DNA of 64,000 nucleotides, from the NCBI GenBank assembly GCA_964016885.1, contig OZ024745.1, forward strand, positions 84,382,001 to 84,446,000, given 5' to 3'. Both the position numbers and the translations under genes were made by a program. Of this stretch, positions 10,401-24,300 are shown one piece after another (position 1 is the stretch's first letter; each line of letters starts with the position of its first letter). Source of the DNA: Eledone cirrhosa. Lineage: Eukaryota. The notes under the pieces are model-generated. The model was given only the letters and a program-made list of their open reading frames with translations. It had not been told where the DNA came from and searched no databases.

Positions 10401-13400
10401 TATGTTGCTGACGATAGCTAATAAGCTAGAAACTAGTACAGCGTTCCTTTGTCAGTGTTGAACAAACGAGCAACGGTGGTTGCTAGACACTGCAGCTTAA
10501 TACGGGATGTTTGTTTACAAACACAGCGAGCATTATAATAAATGTTCGGTCAATCCATACGTACATATATATATATGTGTGCATGTATGTATATATATAT
10601 ACATACTACTGTACGTCTGTATACATATATGTATGTACGTATACATACTTATATTTAAGTAACAGCCGTACAAAGATTGGGAAATGAAATTTCGTTTCAT
10701 TTTTCTGTTCATCGTTTTCGGTGCACTCGGTAGATTAATCAATTCATATGCAAATTGGGTTACTCAGCCGTTAATATGCAGAAGGAAACTATATACTTTC
10801 GGACGTTCAATTATCTGGCAGGAAGGTATAGGTTGCTGACGATAGCTAATAAGCTTGAAACTAGTACAGCGTTCCTTTGTCAGTGTTGAACAAACGAGCA
10901 ACGGTGGTTTGCTAGATTCTACGGCTTAATACGGGATGTTTGTTTACAAACACACCGAGCTTTGTAATAAATGTTCGGTGAATCCATACGTACATTTATA
11001 TTTATGTGCATGTCTGTATATATATATACATACTACTGTACGTCTGTATACATTTATGTATGTACGTATACATACTTATATTTAAGTAACAGCCGTACTA
11101 AGAGTGGGATATGAAATTTCGTTTCATTTTTCCGTTTATAGTTTTCGGTGCACTAGGTCGATTAACCCACTTGATATGCAAATTGGGCTAGTCAGCCGTT
11201 AATATGCATAAGGACAGTATATACTTTCGGACGTTCAATCATCTGGCAGGATGGTATACGTTGCTGACGATAGCTAATAAACTTGAAATTAGTACCGCGT
11301 TCCTTTGTCAGTGTTGAACAAACGAGCAACGGTGGTTGTTAGACACTGCGGCTTAATACGGGATGTTTGTTTACAAACACAGCGAGCATTATAATAAATG
11401 TTCGGTCAATCCATACGTACATATATATATATGTGTGCATGTATGTATATATATATACATACTAATGTGCGTCTGTATACATATATGTATGTACGTATAA
11501 ATAATTATATTTAAGTAACAGCCGTACTAAGAGTGGGAAATGAAATTTCGTTTCATTTTTCTGTTTATCGTTTTCAGTGCACCCGGCCGATTAACCCATT
11601 CGATATGCAAATTGGACTACTCAGCCGTTAATATGCATAAGGAAAGTATATACTTTCGGACGTTCAATCATCTGGCAGGAAAGTATAGCTTGTTGACGAT
11701 AGCTAATAAGCTTGAAACTAGTACAGCGTTCCTTTGTCAGTGTTGAACAAACGAGCAACGGTGGTTTGCTAGACACTACAGCTTAATACGTGATATTTGT
11801 TTACAAACACACCGAGCTTTATAATAAATGTTCGGTGAATCCATACGTACATATATATATATGTGTGCATTTATGTATATATACATACATACTACTGTAC
11901 GTCTGTATACATATATGTATGTACGTATACATAATTATATTTAAGTAACAGCCATACTAAGAGTGGGAAATGAAATTTAGTTTAATTTTTTCAGTTTATC
12001 GTTTTCGGTGAACCCGGCCGATTAACCCACTCGATATGCAAATTAGGCTACTCAACCGTTAATATGCATAAGGAAACTATATACTTTCGGACGTTCAATC
12101 ATCTGCCAGGAAGGTATACGTTGCTGACAATAGGTATTAAGCTTGAAACTCGTACAGCGTTCCTTTGTCAGTTTTGAACAAACGAGCAACGGTGGTTGCT
12201 AGACACTACGGCTTAATACGGGATGTTTGTTTAAAAACACACAGAGAATTATAATAAATGTTCGGTGAATCCATACGTACACATATATATGTGTGCATGT
12301 ATGTATATATATATACATACTACTGTGCGTCTGTATACATATATGTATGTACGTATACATACTTATATTTAAGTAACAGCCGTACTAAGAGTGGGAAATG
12401 AAATTTCGTTTCTTTTTTCCGTTTATCGTTTTCGGTGCACTCGGTCGATTAACCCACTTGATATGCAAATTAGGCTACTCAACCGTTAATATGCATAAGG
12501 AACTATATGCTTTCGGACGTTCAATCATCTGGCAGGATGGTATACGTTGCTGACGATAGCTAATAAGCTTGAAACTAGTACAGCGTTCCTTTGTCAGTGT
12601 TGAACAAACGAGCAACGGTGGGTTGTTGGACACTACGGCTTAATACGGAAAGTTGGTTTACAAACACGCCGAGCATTATAATAAATGTTCGGTGAATCCA
12701 TAGGTACATATATATATATGTGTGCATGTATGTATATATATATATATATACTACTGTACGTCTGTATACATATATGTAGCTACATATGCATACTTCTATT
12801 TAAGTAACAGCCGTACTAAGAGTGGGAAATGAAATTTAGTTTAATTTTTTCAGTTTATCGTTTTCGGTGCACCCGGCCGATTAACCCACTCGATATGCAA
12901 ATTAGGCTACTCACCCATTAATATGCATATGCAAACTATATACTTTCGGACGTTCAATCATCTGGCAGGAAGGTATAGCTTGTTGACGATAGCTAATAAG
13001 CTTGAAACTAGTACAGCGTTCCTTTGTCAGTGTTGAACAAACGAGCAACGGTGGTTTGCTAGACACTACAGCTTAATACGTGATGTTTGTTTACAAACAC
13101 ACCGAGCTTTATAATAAATGTTCGGTGAATCCATACGTACATATATATATATGTGTGCATTTATGTATATATACATACATACTACTGTACGTCTGTATAC
13201 ATATATGTATGTACGTATACATAATTATATTTAAGTAACAGCCGTACTAAGAGTGGGAAATGAAATTTAGTTTAATTTTTTCAGTTTATCGTTTTCGGTG
13301 AACCCGGCCGATTAACCCACTCGATATGCAAATTAGGCTACTCAACCGTTAATATGCATAAGGAAACTACATACTTTCGGACGTTCAATCATCTGCCAGG

Positions 13401-15359
13401 AAGGTATACGTTGCTGACGATAGGTATTAAGCTTGAAACTAGTACAGCGTTCCTTTGTCAGTGTTGAACAAACGAGCAACGGTGGTTGCTAGACACTACG
13501 GCTTAATACGGGATGTTTGTTTAAAAACACACAGAGAATTATAATAAATGTTCGGTGAATCCATACGTACACATATATATGTGTGCATGTATGTATATAT
13601 ATATACATACTACTGTGCGTCTGTATACATATATGTATGTACGTATACATACTTATATTTAAGTAACAGCCGTACTAAGAGTGGGAAATGAAATTTCGTT
13701 TCTTTTTTCCGTTTATCGTTTTCGGTGCACTCGGTCGATTAACCCACTTGATATGCAAATTAGGCTACTCAACCGTTAATATGCATAAGGAACTATATGC
13801 TTTCGGATGTTCAATCATCTGGCAGGGTGGTATACGTTGCTGACGATAGCTAATAACCTTGAAACTAGTACAGCGTTCCTTTGTCAGTGTTGAACAAACG
13901 AGCAACGGTGGTTGCTAGACACTAGGGCTTAATACGGGATGTTTCTTTACAAACACACCGTGCATTATAATAAATGCTTGGTGAATCCATACGTACATAT
14001 ATATATGTGTGCATGTATGTATATATATATACATACTACTGTACGTCTGTATACATATATGTTTGTATCTATACATACTTATATTTAAGTAGCAGCCGTA
14101 CTAAGCGTGGGAAATGAAATTTCGTTTCTTTTTTCCGTTTATCGTTTTCGGTGCACTCGGTCGATTAACCCACTTGATATGCAAATTAGGCTACTCAACC
14201 GTTAATATGCATAGGGAAAGTATATACTTTCGGACGTTCAATCATCTGGCAGGAAGGTATAGGTTGCTGACAATAGCTAATAAGCTAGAAACTAGTACAG
14301 CCTTCCTTTGTCAGTGTTGAACAAACGAGCAACGGTGGTTTGCTAGACACTACAGCTTAATACGGGATGTTTGTTTACAAACACACCGAGCTTTATAATA
14401 AATGTTCGGTGAATCCATACGTACATATATATATATATGTGCATGTATGTATATATACATACATACTACTGTACGTCTGTATACATATATGTATGTACGT
14501 ATACATACTTATATTTAAGTAACAGGCGTACAAAGAGTGGGAAATGAAATTTCGTTACATTTTTCCTTTTATCGTTTTCAGTGCAACCGGCCGATTAAGC
14601 CACTCGATATGCAAATTGGGCTACTCTGCCGTTAGTATGCATAAGGAAAGTATATACTTTCGGACGTTCAATTATCTGGCAGGAAGGTATACGTTGCTGA
14701 CGATAGCTAATAAGCTTGAAACTAGTACAGCGTTCCTTTGTCAGTGTTGAACATACGAGCAACGGTGGTTGCTAGACACTACGGCGTAATACGGGATGTC
14801 TGTTTACAAACACACCGAGAATTATAATAAATGTTCGGTCAATCCATACGTACATATATATATATGTGTGCATGTATGTATATATATATACATACTACTG
14901 TACGTCTATATACATATATGTATGTACGTATACATACTTATATTTAGGTAACATCCGTAATAAGTGTGGGAAATGAAATTTCGTTTCATTTTTCCGTTTA
15001 TCGTTTTCGGTACACCCGCCGATTAACCCACTCGATATGCAAATTGGGCTACTCTGCCGTTAATATGCATAAGGAAAGTATATACTTTCGGACGTTCAAT
15101 CATCTGGCAGGATGGTATATGTTGCTGACGATAGCTAATAAGCTAGAAACTAGTACAGCGTTCCTTTGTCAGTGTTGAACAAACGAGCAACGGTGGTTGC
15201 TAGACACTACGGCTTAATACGGGATGTTTGTTTAAAAACACACAGAGAATTATAATAAATGTTCGGTGAATCCATACGTACACATATATATGTGTGCATG
15301 TATGTATATATATATACATACTACTGTGCGTCTGTATACATATATGTATGTACGTATAC

Positions 15360-18300
15360 ATACTTATATTTAAGTAACAGCCGTACTAAGAGTGGGAAAT
15401 GAAATTTCGTTTCTTTTTTAGTTTATCGTTTTCGGTGCACGCGGTCGATTAACCCACTTGATATGCAAATTGGGTTACTCAGCCGTTAATATGCATAAGG
15501 AAAGTATATACATTCGGACGTTCAATCATCTGGCAGGAAGGTATAGCTTGTTGACGATAGCTAATATGCTTGAAATTAGTACAGCGTTCCTTTGTCAGTG
15601 TTGAACAAACGAGCAACGGTGGTTTGCTAGACACTACAGCTTAATACGTGATGTTTGTTTACAAACACACCGAGCTTTATAATAAATGTTCGGTGAATCC
15701 ATACGTACATATATATATATGTGTGCATTTATGTATATATACATACATACTACTGTACGTCTGTATACATATATGTATGTACGTATATATAATTATATTT
15801 AAGTAACAGCCGTACTAAGAGTGGGAAATGAAATTTAGTTTAATTTTTTCAGTTTATCGTTTTCGGTGAACCCGGCCGATTAACCCACTCGATATGCAAA
15901 TTAGGCTACTCAACCGTTAATATGCATAAGGAAACTATATACTTTCGGACGTTCAATCATCTGCCAGGAAGGTATACGTTGCTGACGATAGGTATTAAGC
16001 TTGAAACTAGTACAGCGTTCCTTTGTCAGTGTTGAACAAACGAGCAACGGTGGTTGCTAGACACTACGGCTTAATACGGGATGTTTGTTTAAAAACACAC
16101 AGAGAATTATAATAAATGTTCGGTGAATCCAAACGTACACATATATATGTGTGCATGTATGTATATATATATACATACTACTGTGCGTCTGTATACATAT
16201 ATGTATGTACGTATACATACTTATATTTAAGTAACAGCCGTACTAAGAGTGGGAAATGAAATTTCGTTTCTTTTTTCCGTTTATCGTTTTCGGTGCACTC
16301 GGTCGATTAACCCACTTGATATGCAAATTAGGCTACTCAACCGTTAATATGCATAAGGAACTATATGCTTTCGGACGTTCAATCATCTGGCAGGATGGTA
16401 TACGTTGCTGACGATAGCTAATAAGCTTGAAACTAGTACAGCGTTCCTTTGTCAGTGTTGAACAAACGAGCAACGGTGGTTGCTAGACACTAGGGCTTAA
16501 TACGGGATGTTTCTTTACAAACACACCGTGCATTATAATAAATGCTTGGTGAATCCATACGTACATATATATATGTGTGCATGTATGTATATATATATAC
16601 ATACTACTGTACGTCTGTATACATATATGTTTGCATCTATACATACTTATATTTAAGTAGCAGCCGTACTAAGCGTGGGAAATGAAATTTCGTTTCTTTT
16701 TTCCGTTTATCGTTTTCGGTGCACTCGGTCGATTAACCCACTTGATATGCAAATTAGGCTACTCAACCGTTAATATGCATAGGGAAAGTATATACTTTCG
16801 GACGTTCAATCATCTGGCAGGAAGGTATAGGTTGCTGACGATAGCTAATAAGCTAGAAACTAGTACAGCCTTCCTTTGTCAGTGTTGAACAAACGAGCAA
16901 CGGTGGTTTGCTAGACACTACGGCGTAATACGGGATGTCTGTTTACAAACACATTGAGAATTATAATAAATGTTCGGTCAATCCATACGTACATATATAT
17001 ATATATGTGCATGTATGTATATATATATACATACTACTGTACGTCTATATACATATATGTATGTACGTATACATACTTATAGTTAGGTAACATCCGTAAT
17101 AAGAGTGGGAAATGAAATTTCGTTTCATTTTTCCGTTTATCGTTTTCGGTACACCCGCCGATTAACCCACTCGATATGCAAATTGGGCTACTCTGCCGTT
17201 AATATGCATAAGGAAAGTATATACTTTCGGACGTTCAATCATCTGGCAGGATGGTATATGTTGCTGACGATAGCTAATAAGCTAGAAACTAGTACAGCGT
17301 TCCTTTGTCAGTGTTGAACAAACGAGCAACGGTGGTTGCTAGACACTGCAGCTTAATACGGGATGTTTGTTTACAAACACACCGAGCATTATAATAAATG
17401 TTCGGTCAATCCATACGTACATATATATATATGTGTGCATGTATGTATATATATATACATACTACTGTACGTCTGTATACATATATGTATGTACGTATAC
17501 ATACTTAAATTTAAGTAACAGCCGTACAAAGAATAGGAAATGAAATTTCATTTCATTTTTCCGTTCATCGTTCTCGGCACACCCGCCGATTAACCCATTC
17601 GATATGCAAACTTGGCTAACCTGCCGTTAATACTCATAAGGAAAGTATATACTTTCGGACGTTCAATCATCTGGCAGGATGGTATACGTTGCTGACGATA
17701 GCTAATAAGCTTGAAACTAGTACAGCGTTCCTTTGTCAGTGTTGAACAAACGAGCAACGGTGGTTGCTAGATACTCTCGGCTTAATACGGGATGTCTGTT
17801 TACAAACACAGCGAGCATGATAATAAATGTTCGGTCAATCCATACGTACATATATATATATGTGTGCATGTATGTATATATATATATACATCCTATTGTA
17901 CGTCTGTATACATATATGTATGTACGTATACATACTTATATTTAAGTAACAGCCGTACAAAGAATGGGAAATGAAATTTCGTTTCATTTATCCGTTTAGC
18001 GTTTTCAGTACACCCGCCGATTAACCCACTCGATATGCAAATTGGGCTACTCTGCCGTTAATATGCATAAGGAAAGTATATACTTTCGGACGTTCAATCA
18101 TCTGGCAGGATGGTATATGTTGCTGACGATAGCTAATAAGCTAGAAACTAGTACAGCGTTCCTTTGTCAGTGTTGAACAAACGAGCAACGGTGGTTGCTA
18201 GACACTGCAGCTTAATACGGGATGTTTGTTTACAAACACAGCGAGCATTATAATAAATGTTCGGTCAATCCATACGTACATATATATATATGTGTGCATG

Positions 18301-21300
18301 TATGTATATATATATACATACTACTGTACGTCTGTATACATATATGTATGTACGTATACATACTTATATTTAAGTAACAGCCGTACAAAGATTGGGAAAT
18401 GAAATTTCGTTTCATTTTTCTGTTCATCGTTTTCGGTGCACTCGGTAGATTAATCAATTGATATGCAAATTGGGTTACTCTGCCGTTAATATGCAGAAGG
18501 AAACTATATACTTTCGGACGTTCAATCATCTGGCAGGAAGGTATAGGTTGCTGACGATAGCTAATAAGCTTGAAACTAGTACAGCGTTCCTTTGTCAGTG
18601 TTGAACAAACGAGCAACGGTGGTTTGCTAGATTCTACGGCTTAATACGGGATGTTTGTTTACAAACACACCGAGCTTTGTAATAAATGTTCGGTGAATCC
18701 ATACGTACATTTATATTTATGTGCATGTCTGTATATATATATACATACTACTGTACGTCTGTATACATTTATGTATGTACGTATACATACTTATATTTAA
18801 GTAACAGCCGTACTAAGAGTGGGATATGAAATTTCGTTTCATTTTTCCGTTTATAGTTTTCGGTGCACTAGGTCGATTAACCCACTTGATATGCAAATTG
18901 GGCTAGTCAGCCGTTAATATGCATAAGGACAGTATATACTTTCGGACGTTCAATCATCTGGCAGGATGGTATACGTTGCTGACGATAGCTAATAAGCTTG
19001 AAATTAGTACCGCGTTCCTTTGTCAGTGTTGAACAAACGAGCAACGGTGGTTGTTAGACACTGCGGCTTAATACGGGATGTTTGTTTACAAACACAGCGA
19101 GCATTATAATAAATGTTCGGTCAATCCATACGTACATATATATATATGTGTGCATGTATGTATATATATATACATACCAATGTGCGTCTGTATACATATA
19201 TGTATGTACGTATAAATAATTATATTTAAGTAACAGCCGTACTAAGAGTGGGAAATGAAATTTCGTTTCATTTTTCTGTTTATCGTTTTCAGTGCACCCG
19301 GCCGATTAACCCATTCGATATGCAAATTGGACTACTCAGCCGTTAATATGCATAAGGAAAGTATATACTTTCGGACGTTCAATCATCTGGCAGGAAAGTA
19401 TAGCTTGTTGACGATAGCTAATAAGCTTGAAACTAGTACAGCGTTCCTTTGTCAGTGTTGAACAAACGAGCAACGGTGGTTTGCTAGACACTACAGCTTA
19501 ATACGTGATATTTGTTTACAAACACACCGAGCTTTATAATAAATGTTCGGTGAATCCATACGTACATATATATATTTGTGTGCATTTATGTATATATACA
19601 TACATACTACTGTACGTCTGTATACATATATGTATGTACGTATACATAATTATATTTAAGTAACAGCCGTACTAAGAGTGGGAAATGAAATTTAGTTTAA
19701 TTTTTTCAGTTTATCGTTTTCGGTGAACCCGGCCGATTAACCCACTCGATATGCAAATTAGGCTACTCAACCGTTAATATGCATAAGGAAACTATATACT
19801 TTCGGACGTTCAATCATCTGCCAGGAAGGTATACGTTGCTGACAATAGGTATTAAGCTTGAAACTCGTACAGCGTTCCTTTGTCAGTTTTGAACAAACGA
19901 GCAACGGTGGTTGCTAGACACTACGGCTTAATACGGGATGTTTGTTTAAAAACACACAGAGAATTATAATAAATGTTCGGTGAATCCATACGTACACATA
20001 TATATGTGTGCATGTATGTATATATATATACATACTACTGTGCGTCTGTATACATATATGTATGTACGTATACATACTTATATTTAAGTAACAGCCGTAC
20101 TAAGAGTGGGAAATGAAATTTCGTTTCTTTTTTCCGTTTATCGTTTTCGGTGCACTCGGTCGATTAACCCACTTGATATGCAAATTAGGCTACTCAACCG
20201 TTAATATGCATAAGGAACTATATGCTTTCGGACGTTCAATCATCTGGCAGGATGGTATACGTTGCTGACGATAGCTAATAAGCTTGAAACTAGTACAGCG
20301 TTCCTTTGTCAGTGTTGAACAAACGAGCAACGGTGGTTTGTTAGACACTACAGCGTAATACGGGATGTTTGTTTACAAACACACCGAGCTTTATAATAAA
20401 TGTTCGGTGAATCCATACGTACATATATATATATGTGTGCATTTATGTATATATACATACATACTACTGTACGTCTGTATACATATATGTATGTACGTAT
20501 ACATACTTATATTTAAGTAACAGCCGTACTAAGAGTGGGAAATGAAATTTCGTTTCTTTTTTAGTTTATCGTTTTCGGTGCACGCGGTCGATTAACCCAC
20601 TTGATATGCAAATTGGGTTACTCAGCCGTTAATATGCATAAGGAAAGTATATACATTCGGACGTTCAATCATCTGGCAGGAAGGTATAGCTTGTTGACGA
20701 TAGCTAATATGCTTGAAATTAGTACAGCGTTCCTTTGTCAGTGTTGAACAAACGAGCAACGGTGGTTTGCTAGACACTACAGCTTAATACGTGATGTTTG
20801 TTTACAAACACACCGAGCTTTATAATAAATGTTCGGTGAATCCATACGTACATATATATATATGTGTGCATTTATGTATATATACATACATACTACTGTA
20901 CGTCTGTATACATATATGTATGTACGTATATATAATTATATTTAAGTAACAGCCGTACTAAGAGTGGGAAATGAAATTTAGTTTAATTTTTTCAGTTTAT
21001 CGTTTTCGGTGAACCCGGCCGATTAACCCACTCGATATGCAAATTAGGCTACTCAACCGTTAATATGCATAAGGAAACTATATACTTTCGGACGTTCAAT
21101 CATCTGCCAGGAAGGTATACGTTGCTGACGATAGGTATTAAGCTTGAAACTAGTACAGCGTTCCTTTGTCAGTGTTGAACAAACGAGCAACGGTGGTTGC
21201 TAGACACTACGGCTTAATACGGGATGTTTGTTTAAAAACACACAGAGAATTATAATAAATGTTCGGTGAATCCAAACGTACACATATATATGTGTGCATG

Positions 21301-24300
21301 TATGTATATATATATACATACTACTGTGCGTCTGTATACATATATGTATGTACGTATACATACTTATATTTAAGTAACAGCCGTACTAAGAGTGGGAAAT
21401 GAAATTTCGTTTCTTTTTTCCGTTTATCGTTTTCGGTGCACTCGGTCGATTAACCCACTTGATATGCAAATTAGGCTACTCAACCGTTAATATGCATAAG
21501 GAACTATATGCTTTCGGACGTTCAATCATCTGGCAGGATGGTATACGTTGCTGACGATAGCTAATAAGCTTGAAACTAGTACAGCGTTCCTTTGTCAGTG
21601 TTGAACAAACGAGCAACGGTGGTTGCTAGACACTAGGGCTTAATACGGGATGTTTCTTTACAAACACACCGTGCATTATAATAAATGCTTGGTGAATCCA
21701 TACGTACATATATATATGTGTGCATGTATGTATATATATATACATACTACTGTACGTCTGTATACATATATGTTTGTATCTATACATACTTATATTTAAG
21801 TAGCAGCCGTACTAAGCGTGGGAAATGAAATTTCGTTTCTTTTTTCCGTTTATCGTTTTCGGTGCACTCGGTCGATTAACCCACTTGATATGCAAATTAG
21901 GCTACTCAACCGTTAATATGCATAGGGAAAGTATATACTTTCGGACGTTCAATCATCTGGCAGGAAGGTATAGGTTGCTGACGATAGCTAATAAGCTAGA
22001 AACTAGTACAGCCTTCCTTTGTCAGTGTTGAACAAACGAGCAACGGTGGTTTGCTAGACACTACGGCGTAATACGGGATGTCTGTTTACAAACACATTGA
22101 GAATTATAATAAATGTTCGGTCAATCCATACGTACATATATATATATATGTGCATGTATGTATATATATATACATACTACTGTACGTCTATATACATATA
22201 TGTATGTACGTATACATACTTATATTTAGGTAACATCCGTAATAAGAGTGGGAAATGAAATTTCGTTTCATTTTTCCGTTTATCGTTTTCGGTACACCCG
22301 CCGATTAACCCACTCGATATGCAAATTGGGCTACTCTGCCGTTAATATGCATAAGGAAAGTATATACTTTCGGACGTTCAATCATCTGGCAGGATGGTAT
22401 ATGTTGCTGACGATAGCTAATAAGCTAGAAACTAGTACAGCGTTCCTTTGTCAGTGTTGAACAAACGAGCAACGGTGGTTGCTAGACACTGCAGCTTAAT
22501 ACGGGATGTTTGTTTACAAACACACCGAGCATTATAATAAATGTTCGGTCAATCCATACGTACATATATATATATGTGTGCATGTATGTATATATATATA
22601 CATACTACTGTACGTCTGTATACATATATGTATGTACGTATACATACTTAAATTTAAGTAACAGCCGTACAAAGAATAGGAAATGAAATTTCATTTCATT
22701 TTTCCGTTCATCGTTCTCGGCACACCCGCCGATTAACCCATTCGATATGCAAACTTGGCTAACCTGCCGTTAATACTCATAAGGAAAGTATATACTTTCG
22801 GACGTTCAATCATCTGGCAGGATGGTATACGTTGCTGACGATAGCTAATAAGCTTGAAACTAGTACAGCGTTCCTTTGTCAGTGTTGAACAAACGAGCAA
22901 CGGTGGTTGCTAGATACTCTCGGCTTAATACGGGATGTCTGTTTACAAACACAGCGAGCATGATAATAAATGTTCGGTCAATCCATACGTACATATATAT
23001 ATATGTGTGCATGTATGTATATATATATATACATCCTATTGTACGTCTGTATACATATATGTATGTACGTATACATACTTATATTTAAGTAACAGCCGTA
23101 CAAAGAATGGGAAATGAAATTTCGTTTCATTTATCCGTTTAGCGTTTTCAGTACACCCGCCGATTAACCCACTCGATATGCAAATTGGGCTACTCTGCCG
23201 TTAATATGCATAAGGAAAGTATATACTTTCGGACGTTCAATCATCTGGCAGGATGGTATATGTTGCTGACGATAGCTAATAAGCTAGAAACTAGTACAGC
23301 GTTCCTTTGTCAGTGTTGAACAAACGAGCAACGGTGGTTGCTAGACACTGCAGCTTAATACGGGATGTTTGTTTACAAACACAGCGAGCATTATAATAAA
23401 TGTTCGGTCAATCCATACGTACATATATATATATGTGTGCATGTATGTATATATATATACATACTACTGTACGTCTGTATACATATATGTATGTACGTAT
23501 ACATACTTATATTTAAGTAACAGCCGTACAAAGATTGGGAAATGAAATTTCGTTTCATTTTTCTGTTCATCGTTTTCGGTGCACTCGGTAGATTAATCAA
23601 TTGATATGCAAATTGGGTTACTCAGCCGTTAATATGCAGAAGGAAACTATATACTTTCGGACGTTCAATCATCTGGCAGGAAGGTATAGGTTGCTGACGA
23701 TAGCTAATAAGCTTGAAACTAGTACAGCGTTCCTTTGTCAGTGTTGAACAAACGAGCAACGGTGGTTTGCTAGATTCTACGGCTTAATACGGGATGTTTG
23801 TTTACAAACACACCGAGCTTTGTAATAAATGTTCGGTGAATCCATACGTACATTTATATTTATGTGCATGTCTGTATATATATATACATACTACTGTACG
23901 TCTGTATACATTTATGTATGTACGTATACATACTTATATTTAAGTAACAGCCGTACTAAGAGTGGGATATGAAATTTCGTTTCATTTTTCCGTTTATAGT
24001 TTTCGGTGCACTAGGTCGATTAACCCACTTGATATGCAAATTGGGCTAGTCAGCCGTTAATATGCATAAGGACAGTATATACTTTCGGACGTTCAATCAT
24101 CTGGCAGGATGGTATACGTTGCTGACGATAGCTAATAAGCTTGAAATTAGTACCGCGTTCCTTTGTCAGTGTTGAACAAACGAGCAACGGTGGTTGTTAG
24201 ACACTGCGGCTTAATACGGGATGTTTGTTTACAAACACAGCGAGCATTATAATAAATGTTCGGTCAATCCATACGTACATATATATATATGTGTGCATGT

